Shown piece by piece: positions 28,506-38,002 of a stretch of 64,000 bases of DNA (positions within the stretch are counted from its first letter, which is position 1; each line of letters begins with the position of its first letter). A program made the position numbers and the translations under genes. The notes below the pieces were generated by a model, which saw only the letters and a list, made by a program, of their open reading frames with translations, was not told where the DNA came from and ran no database searches. Origin of the DNA: an uncultured Actinomycetota bacterium. Its GTDB lineage: Bacteria > Actinomycetota > Actinomycetes > Mycobacteriales > Mycobacteriaceae. The stretch spans positions 25,686 through 89,685 of the forward strand of contig CAVQLB010000010.1 of assembly GCA_963713225.1 (NCBI GenBank), read 5' to 3'.

Positions 28506-29532
28506 CCTCCGAGCACCTCCCCTTGGACGGATCCGGTGGCCCGCCGAACGGAACCAGAATGTCACTGCCTGCAGGACCGTTGATCTTCAACCTCGTCGAG
28601 CAATAGAAGATGTTGAAGAACGATCCGTATGCGCCAAGTGCGTTGAGTCGCAGATAGTTTTCGGCCAGCGGCTCGATGACCTTGTTGACGTCCGCCTTTC
28701 GCTCGTCAAACCGCTGCGCGAAGGGACGCGCGTTCTCGATCACGCCCTGTATGGGTCGGCGTGATTGCGTCAGCATGTCGGTCAGGTCGTTGGAGGCCGA
28801 CGCCAGCGGCGGGATGGCACCCGCGATCGGGTCCCGACCCTGCGCCAGACCGGTGAGCAGTTTCTGGAGCTGATCCACGCTGGCGTCGAACTGGGCGCCC
28901 TTCTCGTCGACCGTGCCGAGCACGGTGTTGAGGTTGTTGATCACATCGCCGATGAGCTGGTCGCGCGCGGCGAGATTCTGAGTAAAAGCGCTCGTGGTGG
29001 ACAACAGGTTCGACAGCGCGCCACCCTGACCCTGGAGCAACTCGATGATCGCGCTGCTGACCTCGTTGATCTTCGCGCCGTCGAGACCCTTCAGCACGGG
29101 ACGCAGACCACCCAGAAGTGCATCCAGGTCGAGCGCGGGCGCAGTGTTCTCCCGCGGGATGGTGCTTCCCGGGGGAATCTTGCGCAATTCGCCTGGGCCG
29201 GCGGTGATCTCGAGATACCGGTCACCGACCAGGTTCTCGTAGCGCACCACCGCGCGCGTCGACGTGTAGAGCTGATAGCGCTTGTCGACGTCGAAGGAGA
29301 CGTCAACGGTGTTGTCGCCATTGAGCTTGAGCGCACCCACCGTACCCACCGGAACCCCGGCGATGCGCACATCCTGTCCGGCCTTCAGCCGCGAAGCGTC
29401 GGTGAACGTTGCGTGATACTTGGTTTCCGGTGCGAACCGAAACTCCCCGAACACGATCACAAGCATCGCCGCCACCAGCAGCATCGCCACGGTGAAGATG
29501 CCCACGTTGAGCAGGGTCCGATCCTGCTTCAT
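28498..29532 (-). CDS. mce4B: Mce4B
   Basis: GQDVRIAGVPVG, YENLVGDRYLE, GSFFNIFYC. Confidence 0.92.
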   Translation of the reverse strand: MKQDRTLLNVGIFTVAMLLVAAMLVIVFGEFRFAPETKYHATFTDASRLKAGQDVRIAGVPVGTVGALKLNGDNTVDVSFDVDKRYQLYTSTRAVVRYENLVGDRYLEITAGPGELRKIPPGSTIPRENTAPALDLDALLGGLRPVLKGLDGAKINEVSSAIIELLQGQGGALSNLLSTTSAFTQNLAARDQLIGDVINNLNTVLGTVDEKGAQFDASVDQLQKLLTGLAQGRDPIAGAIPPLASASNDLTDMLTQSRRPIQGVIENARPFAQRFDERKADVNKVIEPLAENYLRLNALGAYGSFFNIFYCSTRLKINGPAGSDILVPFGGPPDPSKGRCSEDG

Positions 29533-30734
29533 CAGTACTCGTCCCTCTCCGCGAACGCGCCGTTGAACAGGAACTGCGCTGTGGACGGGGCGTCGAACTG
29601 CAACTCGGTGTTCGGCTGATACGGGACATAGGCATTGTCGGTCACCAAGAACGGCGACCTGTACCAGGATCCACCCAACTGCTTATTGGGAACGTCAGGC
29701 AGGCCACGGCAATTCGGGCCGCCGGAGGCGTTCACGATCGGCAGGCTCTCCGGGTAGGTGTATGCCGGGGATCCGGGCAGGAAGTTGGAAGACACGAACA
29801 GGCCGGGCCGCGTGCCGCCGATGATCGGTGCGAAGAAGTCCACCGCCTTGCCCGTGCCCTCGAGTATGCAGCCGAATTCCGGGGAATAGTCGCCCGCCAC
29901 CTTCAGCGGCGCGCGTAGCCGGTTTACCGCGGCGATGTAGTCATTCGCCGCGGGTTCGAGGGTGTCGGTTCCGTTATTCGCCAGACCGGTCGCCGCCAGC
30001 AGCGTCGCATTGAGGTTGTCCTGCTCGTCGACGATGGTGTCGCTGATAGTGGGCGCATTGTCGAAGATCCGCACCAGATCCGGACCGGCGTCGGAGTAGA
30101 TGTTGGCCACTTCCGCGGTCTTCTGGAAGTCCTGCTGAAGCGTCGGGAGTTTCGGATTCAACTGCTGCAGATAGTAATTCAAGCCGGCGATCAGGGCACC
30201 GAGGTCGTCACCATTACCGCGTAAGCCTTCGGCGAGCGCGCTCAGCGTCCCGTTCAGGTCGACCGGGTCGACCTTGTGCAGCACGTCCGTCAACGTCTGG
30301 AACAGCGTGTTGACCTCCAGCTGCACCGACGCCGCCTGCACCTGGGCGCCCGGACGCAGTGAGGAGCCCGAAGGCTCGTCCGGCGGCAGGAACTCCACCG
30401 ACTTGGCACCGAAAACCGTTGAGCTGGCGATGCGGACGACCGCATTCGATGGGATGAAGCCCATCTCGTTGCTGTTGATCGCGAGCGTCAACTTGGCCTG
30501 ATCGCCCGCGTATTCGATCGCTTCGACCTGGCCGATCTGGATTCCGCGGTACTTCACCTTGGCGTCGCGGTCCATCACAAGCCCGGCCCTCGGTGAGGTG
30601 ACGGTGACCTTGTCGGTCGACGTGAACGCGGCCGTGTAGGCCAGATACGTGAAGACCACGGCGGCGACGAGTAGCGCACCCAGGATCGCCGCGGCAATCC
30701 GTACGTGGCTGCGCTTGGCGTCACCGTCCGACAT
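29532..30734 (-). CDS. mce4A: Mce4A
   Basis: PRAGLVMD, VKYRGIQIG, TVFGAKSV. Confidence 0.92.
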   Translation of the reverse strand: MSDGDAKRSHVRIAAAILGALLVAAVVFTYLAYTAAFTSTDKVTVTSPRAGLVMDRDAKVKYRGIQIGQVEAIEYAGDQAKLTLAINSNEMGFIPSNAVVRIASSTVFGAKSVEFLPPDEPSGSSLRPGAQVQAASVQLEVNTLFQTLTDVLHKVDPVDLNGTLSALAEGLRGNGDDLGALIAGLNYYLQQLNPKLPTLQQDFQKTAEVANIYSDAGPDLVRIFDNAPTISDTIVDEQDNLNATLLAATGLANNGTDTLEPAANDYIAAVNRLRAPLKVAGDYSPEFGCILEGTGKAVDFFAPIIGGTRPGLFVSSNFLPGSPAYTYPESLPIVNASGGPNCRGLPDVPNKQLGGSWYRSPFLVTDNAYVPYQPNTELQFDAPSTAQFLFNGAFAERDEY

Positions 30735-30745
30735 GGTCCCCCCAC

Positions 30746-31588
30746 CTACCCGGAAAGGTTGAAATTACCGGACGCGCCATACACGGCGAGAGAGATGAAC
30801 AAGGTAATGGTCACGACCACGATCAGCGAGGTGCGGACCGCCTGACCAACGGCGATCCCGACACCGACGGGGCCACCCGTCGCGTTGTAGCCGTAGTACG
30901 TATGGACCAGCATCACGGCGATCGCCATGACGATTGCCTGCAGGAACGACCACAACAGGTCGGTGGGTACCAGGAACGTATTGAAGTAGTGGTCGTAGAG
31001 GCCCGCCGACTGGTTATTGATGAAAACCGTGGTGAACCGGGCCGCGAAGAACGCGGCCAACACCGACAGCGAGTACAGCGGGATGATCGCGACCATCCCG
31101 GCCATCAGCCGAGTCGATACGAGATACGACACCGAGTGCACGGCCATCGCTTCGACGGCATCGATCTCCTCGGCGACCCGCATCGCGCCGAGTTGCGCTG
31201 TGGTGCCCGCGCCGATGGTGGCCGCCAGTGCGATGCCCGCGATCACCGGCGCGACGATGCGCACGTTCAGGAACGCCGACAGGAAGCCCGTCAGGGCCTC
31301 GATGCCGATGTTGCCGAGCGACGAGTAGCCCTGCACGGCGATGACGCCGCCGGAGGCCAGGGTCAGGAACGCGGCCACACCCACGGTGCCGCCGATCATC
31401 ACCAGTGCGCCCGTACCCATCGTCATCTCGGCGATGTTGCGGATCGTCTCCTTGCGGTAGCGGGTGAGCGCGTTGGGGACGTAGCGGATCGTCTCGCCGT
31501 AGAACAGCGCCTGCTCGCCGATGTTGTCGACGGCCTTGGGAATTCCGTGCAGCAGCCGGCGAAAGCGCACTGTCGCGTCGTAGCTCAT
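30746..31588 (-). CDS. yrbE4B: YrbE4B (SupB) MlaE-family permease
   Basis: MSYDATVRFRR, QLGAMRVAEEIDA, GQAVRTSL. Confidence 0.93.
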   Translation of the reverse strand: MSYDATVRFRRLLHGIPKAVDNIGEQALFYGETIRYVPNALTRYRKETIRNIAEMTMGTGALVMIGGTVGVAAFLTLASGGVIAVQGYSSLGNIGIEALTGFLSAFLNVRIVAPVIAGIALAATIGAGTTAQLGAMRVAEEIDAVEAMAVHSVSYLVSTRLMAGMVAIIPLYSLSVLAAFFAARFTTVFINNQSAGLYDHYFNTFLVPTDLLWSFLQAIVMAIAVMLVHTYYGYNATGGPVGVGIAVGQAVRTSLIVVVTITLFISLAVYGASGNFNLSG

Positions 31589-31833
31589 GCCTCGACTCCC
31601 GCTCGCTCCGGTCCTCGCTGCGCTGCGATCCTCACTCGCGGTCGCCTTCGGGTGCTCATGCCTCGACTCCCGCTCGCTCCGGTCCTCGCTGCGCTGCGAT
31701 CCTCACTCGCGGTCGCCTTCGGGTGCTCATGCCTCGACTCCCGCTCGCTCCGGTCCTCGCTGCGCCGCGATCCTCACTCGCGGTCGCCTTCGGGTGCTCA
31801 TGCCTCGACTCCCGCTCGCCTTCTGGTGCTCAT
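31583..31833 (-). repeat. MIRU-like 71-bp tandem repeat (3 full copies plus a 5'-end deletion derivative) encoding coupled mini-ORFs
   Basis: Units start at 31583, 31654, 31725 and (partial) 31796. Minus-strand unit reads ATGAGCACCCGAAGG...GGGAGTCGAGGC. Confidence 0.9.
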
Positions 31834-32597
31834 CAGCGGACCAACACGCGTACGCCGATGGCGGTCATGATGACGTTGATGACGAAGAGGCAGATGAACG
31901 CGTAGACAACGGTTTCGTTGACGGCCGTCCCCACGCCCTTGGGGCCGCCCTGCACGGTGAGGCCGCGATAGCAGCCCACCAGCCCGGCGACGACGCCGAA
32001 CAGCAAGGCCTTGAACTCCGCAAGCACCAACTCACCGAGACCGGTGAGCACGGTCAGTCCGTTGATGAACGCGCCAGGGTTGACGCCCTGGAGGAAAACG
32101 GAGAAGACGTAGCCCCCGGCCAGGCCGATCGCGCACACGAGCCCGTTCAACAGCAGCGCGACGACGGTGGAGGCCAACACCCGCGGCACGACGAGGCGCT
32201 GGATCGGATCGATGCCGAGCACCCGCATCGCGTCGATCTCCTCGCGGATCGTGCGCGCACCCAGGTCAGCGCAGATCGCGGTCGCGCCGGCACCCGCCAC
32301 CACCAGCACCGTCACCACGGGGCCGAGCTGGGTGATGGTGCCGAACGCCGTGCCTGCGCCGGACAGATCGGCGGCGCCGATCTCGCGCAGCAGGATATTC
32401 AGTGTGAACGCGACCAGCACGGTGAAGGGAATTGAGACCAGCAGCGTCGGAACCAGCGAAACGCGCGCGATCATCCAGGTTTGCTCGAGGAACTCGCGGA
32501 ATTGGAAGGGCCGATGGAAGATCTTGACGAAAGTGTCTATCGACATTTCGACGAACCCGCCGACGGCCCGAGCCGGGACCGCAAGCTGTTCGATCAA
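31833..32597 (-). CDS. yrbE4A: YrbE4A (SupA) MlaE-family permease
   Basis: DLGARTIREEIDAMRVLG, KGVGTAVNETVV. Confidence 0.93.
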   Translation of the reverse strand: MIEQLAVPARAVGGFVEMSIDTFVKIFHRPFQFREFLEQTWMIARVSLVPTLLVSIPFTVLVAFTLNILLREIGAADLSGAGTAFGTITQLGPVVTVLVVAGAGATAICADLGARTIREEIDAMRVLGIDPIQRLVVPRVLASTVVALLLNGLVCAIGLAGGYVFSVFLQGVNPGAFINGLTVLTGLGELVLAEFKALLFGVVAGLVGCYRGLTVQGGPKGVGTAVNETVVYAFICLFVINVIMTAIGVRVLVR

Positions 32598-32726
32598 CCT
32601 CGGCTCCGTTCTCGGGGCAGCGATTTACGAGTTGTCCACCATGGCGAAGGCTCTGAAATCGCTTGCCGTGGCGACTGTTCCACCCTTGCGTCGCGCATTG
32701 CTCTCAGTGAGCCGGACCATACTAAC

Positions 32727-32740
32727 TAGAACACGTTCGC
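32727..32740. promoter_or_regulatory. KstR-like box (one mismatch) upstream of yrbE4A
   Basis: TAGAACACGTTCGC. Confidence 0.55.
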
Positions 32741-32815
32741 ACTGTCAAAGGTTGCGGATTGAGACAATAATGCCCGCTTATGTCCAGGTCAGGCAGGGTG
32801 TGACCGACATCATTC

Positions 32816-32829
32816 TGAAACGTGTTCTA
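32816..32829. promoter_or_regulatory. KstR operator upstream of the mce4 operon
   Basis: TGAAACGTGTTCTA, exact TnnAACnnGTTnnA. Confidence 0.8.
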
Positions 32830-32868
32830 GCTATGAAGAAGCGGCGGTTCTTAAGGCGACCTTAATCT

Positions 32869-33780
32869 CTATTGCATCAGGTCAGTTGCCGAGAAACCAC
32901 GCTCCGGGTCACGGCCAGCAAAGTATTCGCTCAGCGTCGTGCTCAGCTCGGCGGGCGCCCATGCATCGGAATCCGCGGTGAATTGGCGCTCAGCAGTGGG
33001 TGCTGCCAGCAGCGTGACCGACGGCCCGTACACGATGAACACCTGGCCGTTGACATCGTCGGAAGCCGGCGACGCCAGGAATCGAACAAGCGAGACGACG
33101 TGCTCTGGCGAAAGGCTGTCGATCTGGCCCGCGGCGAGCTCAGGTTCCTGACCGAACACATCGGAGGTCATTGCGGTGCGCGCCCGTGGGCAGATCGCGT
33201 TCGCGCGCACTCCGTAGCGCCCAAGTCCGCGGGCGGCGGTCAGTGTCAGCTGGATGATGCCTGCCTTGGCCGCACCGTAGTTGGCTTGCCCGACGGGACC
33301 GGTGAGCGCGGCCTCCGACGACGTGTTGACGATGCGGCCGTACACCGATCCGTCGCCTTCCTTGGCCTTGGCCCGCCAATAGGTGGCGGCGTTGCGGGTC
33401 ACCAGGAAGTGCCCGCGCAGGTGCACGGCGATCACGGCGTCCCAGTCCTCGTCGGACATGTTGAACAGCATCTTGTCCCGCGTGATGCCCGCGTTGTTGA
33501 CGACGATGTCCAGCCCACCAAGCCCGTCGGCGGTGGCCACCAGTTCGTCGGCGGTGCTGCGCTGGCTGATGTCACCCTCGACCGCGACGGCCTTGCTGCC
33601 CGCCGCGGCGATCTCGTCGAAGACGTCCGACTTGTCCAACGCGGCTGCCATGTCGTTGAGCACGATGGTGGCACCCGAGCGGGCCAGCCCGATCGCCTCT
33701 GCCCTGCCCAGTCCCGCGGCGGCACCGGTCACCACCGCGACCCTGCCGGACAGATCGGTCGCGTCTGGATTAGATGTCAA
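32869..33780 (-). CDS. hsd4A: 3-oxoacyl-ACP reductase-like SDR / steroid dehydrogenase (Rv3502c)
   Basis: TGAAAGLG, NNAGITRD, NYGAAK; synteny between yrbE4A and fdxD. Confidence 0.88.
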   Translation of the reverse strand: MTSNPDATDLSGRVAVVTGAAAGLGRAEAIGLARSGATIVLNDMAAALDKSDVFDEIAAAGSKAVAVEGDISQRSTADELVATADGLGGLDIVVNNAGITRDKMLFNMSDEDWDAVIAVHLRGHFLVTRNAATYWRAKAKEGDGSVYGRIVNTSSEAALTGPVGQANYGAAKAGIIQLTLTAARGLGRYGVRANAICPRARTAMTSDVFGQEPELAAGQIDSLSPEHVVSLVRFLASPASDDVNGQVFIVYGPSVTLLAAPTAERQFTADSDAWAPAELSTTLSEYFAGRDPERGFSATDLMQ

Positions 33781-33793
33781 TTTATGAATACCT

Positions 33794-33988
33794 CTAGTCT
33801 CTGCGGATCAGGGCAGCTCGGGGACACTCGGCAATCGCCTGCTCGGCGAGGTCCTCCTGGTCTGAAGGCACGGGATCGGCTTTGACCACGGCATAGTCTT
33901 CGTCATCGAGTTCAAACAGGTCCGGTGCAATTCCCAAGCACACGGCGTTTCCCTCGCACCGGTCACGGTCGACTTCAACTCGCATCAC
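33794..33988 (-). CDS. fdxD: Ferredoxin
   Basis: CEGNAVC...CPRAA; synteny. Confidence 0.9.
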   Translation of the reverse strand: MMRVEVDRDRCEGNAVCLGIAPDLFELDDEDYAVVKADPVPSDQEDLAEQAIAECPRAALIRRD

Positions 33989-34055
33989 AACCTCCTTGAG
34001 CCTGGGCTGCTGGCCACGTCGTCAGAATACGAGCACGCTCGCTGGACCCCAAGAC

Positions 34056-34069
34056 TAGAACGTGTTACA
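34056..34069. promoter_or_regulatory. KstR operator in the divergent fdxD/fadE26 spacer
   Basis: TAGAACGTGTTACA, exact consensus match. Confidence 0.85.
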
Positions 34070-34129
34070 ACCGGTGTGAAGCGAGGGTGAGACGTCTGCC
34101 CCCTACCAGCGCAAGTGAAGGATGACGCG

Positions 34130-35314
34130 ATGCGGATCGGCTATAGCCCCGAGCAGGAGGAGTTGCGCCGCGAACTGCGCGCCTACTTCACCAAGCTCAT
34201 GACCCCCGAGCGCGCCGAGGCGCTGTCTGCAGGCGACGCCGGAGAGATGGGCCGCGGCAACGTCTACCGTGAGACCGTCGCGCAGATGGGCAAGGACGGC
34301 TGGTTGACGCTGTCCTGGCCCAAGGAGTTCGGCGGCCAGGAACGTACCCACATGGACAGCTTGATCTTCAACGACGAGGCCGCCATCGCGAACGTCCCCG
34401 TCCCGTTCCTGACGATCAACAGCGTCGCGCCGACCATCATGGCGTTCGGCACCGACGAACAGAAGAAGTTCTTCTTGCCCAAGATCGCGGCGGGCGAGCT
34501 GCATTTCTCGATCGGCTACTCCGAACCCGGCGCGGGCACCGACCTGGCGGCCCTCCGGACCACCGCGGTACGCGACGGCGACGACTACGTCATCAACGGC
34601 CAGAAGATGTGGACCAGCCTGATCGCCTACGCGGACTATGTGTGGCTCGCGGTCCGCACCAACCCCGAAGCCAAGAAACACCGTGGCATCTCGATGCTGA
34701 TCGTGCCGACGACTGCCGAGGGCTTCTCGTGGACGCCGGTACACACCATGGCGGGGGTCGACACCAGTGCGACGTACTACCAGGACGTCCGCGTTCCGGT
34801 CAGCAGCCTGGTCGGTGAGGAGAACGCGGGCTGGAAGCTGGTCACCAACCAGCTCAACCACGAACGCGTCGCGCTGGTCTCCGCACAGCCGATCTTCTCG
34901 GCGCTCGGCGGTGTCCGCGAGTGGGCGCAGAACACCAAGGACGTCCACGGCAATCGGCTGATCGACTCGGAATGGGTGCAGCTCAACCTCGCTCGCGTGC
35001 ACGCCAAGGCCGAGGTGCTCAAGCTGATCAACTGGGAACTGGCCTCCACCGAGGACGCCTCCCCGTCACCCGCCGACGCCTCGGCCGCAAAGGTGTTCGG
35101 CACCGAGTTGGCCACCGAGGCCTACCGGCTGCTGATGGAGGTGCTCGGCAGCGCCGCCACGCTGCGCACGGACTCCCCGGGCGCCCTGCTGCGCGGACGG
35201 ATCGAGCGGATGCACCGGTCGTGTCTGATCCTGACCTTCGGCGGCGGCACCAACGAGATTCAGCGCGACATCATCGGCATGGTCGCGCTCGGCCTGCCCC
35301 GAGTGAACCGGTAA
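34130..35314 (+). CDS. fadE26: Acyl-CoA dehydrogenase alpha subunit (ChsE4)
   Basis: IGYSEPGAGTDLA, GQKMWTS, TFGGGTNEIQR. Confidence 0.92.
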   Translation: MRIGYSPEQEELRRELRAYFTKLMTPERAEALSAGDAGEMGRGNVYRETVAQMGKDGWLTLSWPKEFGGQERTHMDSLIFNDEAAIANVPVPFLTINSVAPTIMAFGTDEQKKFFLPKIAAGELHFSIGYSEPGAGTDLAALRTTAVRDGDDYVINGQKMWTSLIAYADYVWLAVRTNPEAKKHRGISMLIVPTTAEGFSWTPVHTMAGVDTSATYYQDVRVPVSSLVGEENAGWKLVTNQLNHERVALVSAQPIFSALGGVREWAQNTKDVHGNRLIDSEWVQLNLARVHAKAEVLKLINWELASTEDASPSPADASAAKVFGTELATEAYRLLMEVLGSAATLRTDSPGALLRGRIERMHRSCLILTFGGGTNEIQRDIIGMVALGLPRVNR

Positions 35315-35325
35315 GGACAGCTCAC

Positions 35326-36423
35326 ATGGATTTCACCACCACTGAAGCCGCCGACGACCTCGGCGGGCTGGTACGGACCATCACCGAGTCGGTGTGCACG
35401 CCGCAGCGCCAGCGTGACCTCGACGGGCTGGATCAACGCTTCGACGACGACCTGTGGGCCAAGCTCAAGGATGCCGACATCCTGTCCACCACGGCGCCGG
35501 AGTCATTGGGCGGCGGCGGCTTTGGAGTGCTGGAGCAGGTGGCAGTGCTCGTCGCACTGGGCCGGCAAATGGCCGCGGTGCCCTATCTCGAGTCCGCCGT
35601 TCTCGCCGCGGGGGCGCTGGCGAAGTTCGGTTCCGAGGCGCTCCAGCAGGCGTGGGCGGTGCCCGCCGTCAACGGCGACAAGATCGTCGTCCCTGCGCTC
35701 GACGGCGACATGGGCGAGGGCCCCGTGCAGGCCCAGGCGAACGGCGCCGGCTACCGGCTGACGGGCGCTCGCACTCAGGTCGCCTTTGGGCCGCTGGCCG
35801 ATGCGTTCCTCGTTCCCGCCGAAACCAATTCGGGCACCAAGGTTTTCGTGATCGCAAAGGATGATTCCGGTGTGTCGGTCGGATCGCTGGACACCACGGG
35901 CCACGGGAGTATCGGCCATCTCGAGTTGCAGGGTGTTGAGCTGGGAGCCGACCGGGTCGTCGGCGGCGAAGACGTCGTCTCGTGGCTGACCACACACGGC
36001 AACCTGGGCCGCAGCGCTTTTCAGCTCGGGGTGCTCGAGCGCGCGCTGGAGCTCACCGCGGAGTATGCACGCGAACGCGAGCAGTTCGACCGGCCGATCG
36101 GTAGCTTCCAGGCGGTCTCGTCGCGACTTGCCGACGGATACATCGACGTCAAGGGTTTGCGGCTGACCGTGACGCAGGCGGCGTGGCGGCTGTCGGAGGA
36201 TCTACCTGCAGAGGTGGACGTGAACACGGCGGCGTTCTGGGCGGCCGATGCCGGACACCGCGTCGCGCACACCACGGTGCACGTCCACGGCGGCGTCGGC
36301 ATCGACACCGACCACCCCGTCCATCGTTACTTCCTGGCGGCCAAGCAGACGGAGTTCGCGGTCGGCGGCGCCACCGGGCAGCTACTGCGCATCGGCCGGG
36401 AACTGGCTGACACACCAGCTTGA
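35326..36423 (+). CDS. fadE27: Acyl-CoA dehydrogenase beta subunit (ChsE5)
   Basis: REQFDRPIGSFQAV, HVHGGVGID; paired with fadE26. Confidence 0.92.
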   Translation: MDFTTTEAADDLGGLVRTITESVCTPQRQRDLDGLDQRFDDDLWAKLKDADILSTTAPESLGGGGFGVLEQVAVLVALGRQMAAVPYLESAVLAAGALAKFGSEALQQAWAVPAVNGDKIVVPALDGDMGEGPVQAQANGAGYRLTGARTQVAFGPLADAFLVPAETNSGTKVFVIAKDDSGVSVGSLDTTGHGSIGHLELQGVELGADRVVGGEDVVSWLTTHGNLGRSAFQLGVLERALELTAEYAREREQFDRPIGSFQAVSSRLADGYIDVKGLRLTVTQAAWRLSEDLPAEVDVNTAAFWAADAGHRVAHTTVHVHGGVGIDTDHPVHRYFLAAKQTEFAVGGATGQLLRIGRELADTPA

Positions 36424-36471
36424 TACCGCGGACGTGAGGAGCATCGAAGACGGCGGCGACGTGAGGAGCAA

Positions 36472-37992
36472 TTGAATCCGGCGACCGGGAGTGAGCTTCC
36501 CACCGTAACCTCGCTGATCACACCGCTGATCGACGTCGACGATCGCGGCGTGCACTTCGAGGAGTCGTTTACCTCCTGGCGCAACCACATTCAGCAGGGC
36601 GCCGCGGTCGCTGCGGCACTGAAAGCGCGGCTGGACCCGGCGCGGCCGCTCCATGTCGGCGTGTTGCTGCAGAACACGCCGTTCTTCTCGTCGCTACTGA
36701 TCGCCGCCGGGCTGACCGGACTCGTACCGGTCGGGCTCAACCCGATCCGTCGCGGCGCCGCGCTGGAGCGCGACATCAGGCACGCGGACTGCCAAGTGGT
36801 GCTTGCCGACTCGGCGTCGGCCGCGGTCGTCGGCGACATCGACCACGTGGATGTGGATTCTCCGGAATGGGCTGCCGAGGTCGCGGCGCATCACGATGCA
36901 CCCGTGACGGTTCGGGCCGCCCAACCCACCGACACGTTCATGCTGATCTACACGTCGGGCACCAGTGGCGACCCCAAAGCGGTGATCTGCAGCCACGGCA
37001 AGGTCGCGATCGCAGGCGTGATGATGACAGAACGGTTCGGACTTGGATCCGATGACGTCTGCTATGTGTCGATGCCGTTGTTCCACTCGAATGCGGTGCT
37101 GGTGGGGTGGGCGGTGTCATTGGCGTGCCGAGGCTCGATGGTGTTACGGCGCAAGTTCTCTGCATCGCAGTTCCTCCCAGACATCCGCCGCTATGGCGCT
37201 ACCTATGCCAACTACGTCGGCAAGCCACTGTCGTATGTCCTTGCCACTCCGGAACGTCCCGATGACGGCGACAACCCGCTGAGGGCGGTGTACGGAAATG
37301 AGGGTGCGGCCAGCGACGTCGACCGGTTCGCGCGCAGGTTCGGCACCATCGTCGTCGACGGATTCGGTTCCACCGAAGGCGGAGTGGCGATCGGGCGCAC
37401 ACCGGATACCCCGGCGGGAGCCCTGGGCCCGCTGCCCGACGGAACCGAGATCATCGACGTGAACACCGGCGAGCCTTGCCCGCCCGGTGTGACGGGCGAG
37501 CTGGTGAATACCGATGGGCCCGGCCGGTTCGAGGGTTACTACAACGATCCGGGGGCCGACGCCGAGCGGATGGCCGGCGGCATCTACCACAGCGGCGACC
37601 TCGCCTACCGCGATGAGAACGGCTACGCGTACTTCGCGGGACGCCTCGGCGACTGGATGCGCGTCGACGGCGAGAACCTGGGCGCGGCGCCGATCGAGCG
37701 GGTGCTGCTGCGTCACCCCGACGTGATCGAAGTCGCCGTGTACGGGATACCGGCCCCCGATGTCGGCGATCAGGTGATGGCGGCGCTGTTGCTCGCGGAC
37801 GGCGCCGCATTCGACGTCGACGCGTTCCGCGAGTTCCTGACCGAACAGTCCGACCTGGGACCGAAGCAGTGGCCGGCGTTCGTGCGGGTCGCGGCCGAGC
37901 TGCCGCGGACCGAGTCGTTCAAGGTGATCAAGCGCCAGCTGGCCGCGCAGGGCACCGACTGCGCCGACGCGGTGTGGCCGATTCAGCGGTAA
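36472..37992 (+). CDS. fadD17: Steroid side-chain acyl-CoA ligase
   Basis: YTSGTSGDPK, MPLFHSNA, GFGSTEGG, YHSGDL; N-terminus DDRGVHFEES resembles FadD17. Confidence 0.9.
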   Translation: MNPATGSELPTVTSLITPLIDVDDRGVHFEESFTSWRNHIQQGAAVAAALKARLDPARPLHVGVLLQNTPFFSSLLIAAGLTGLVPVGLNPIRRGAALERDIRHADCQVVLADSASAAVVGDIDHVDVDSPEWAAEVAAHHDAPVTVRAAQPTDTFMLIYTSGTSGDPKAVICSHGKVAIAGVMMTERFGLGSDDVCYVSMPLFHSNAVLVGWAVSLACRGSMVLRRKFSASQFLPDIRRYGATYANYVGKPLSYVLATPERPDDGDNPLRAVYGNEGAASDVDRFARRFGTIVVDGFGSTEGGVAIGRTPDTPAGALGPLPDGTEIIDVNTGEPCPPGVTGELVNTDGPGRFEGYYNDPGADAERMAGGIYHSGDLAYRDENGYAYFAGRLGDWMRVDGENLGAAPIERVLLRHPDVIEVAVYGIPAPDVGDQVMAALLLADGAAFDVDAFREFLTEQSDLGPKQWPAFVRVAAELPRTESFKVIKRQLAAQGTDCADAVWPIQR

Positions 37993-38002
37993 CCTCGCGA
38001 AA

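Noticed and set aside
31583-31833. CRISPR array
   Set aside because: Units are contiguous 71-bp repeats without unique spacers, and no cas genes are nearby.
31587-32435. 282-aa plus-strand ORF with repeated MPRLPLAPV motifs
   Set aside because: Antisense read-through of the tandem repeat and yrbE4A; the coupling signals are all on the minus strand.
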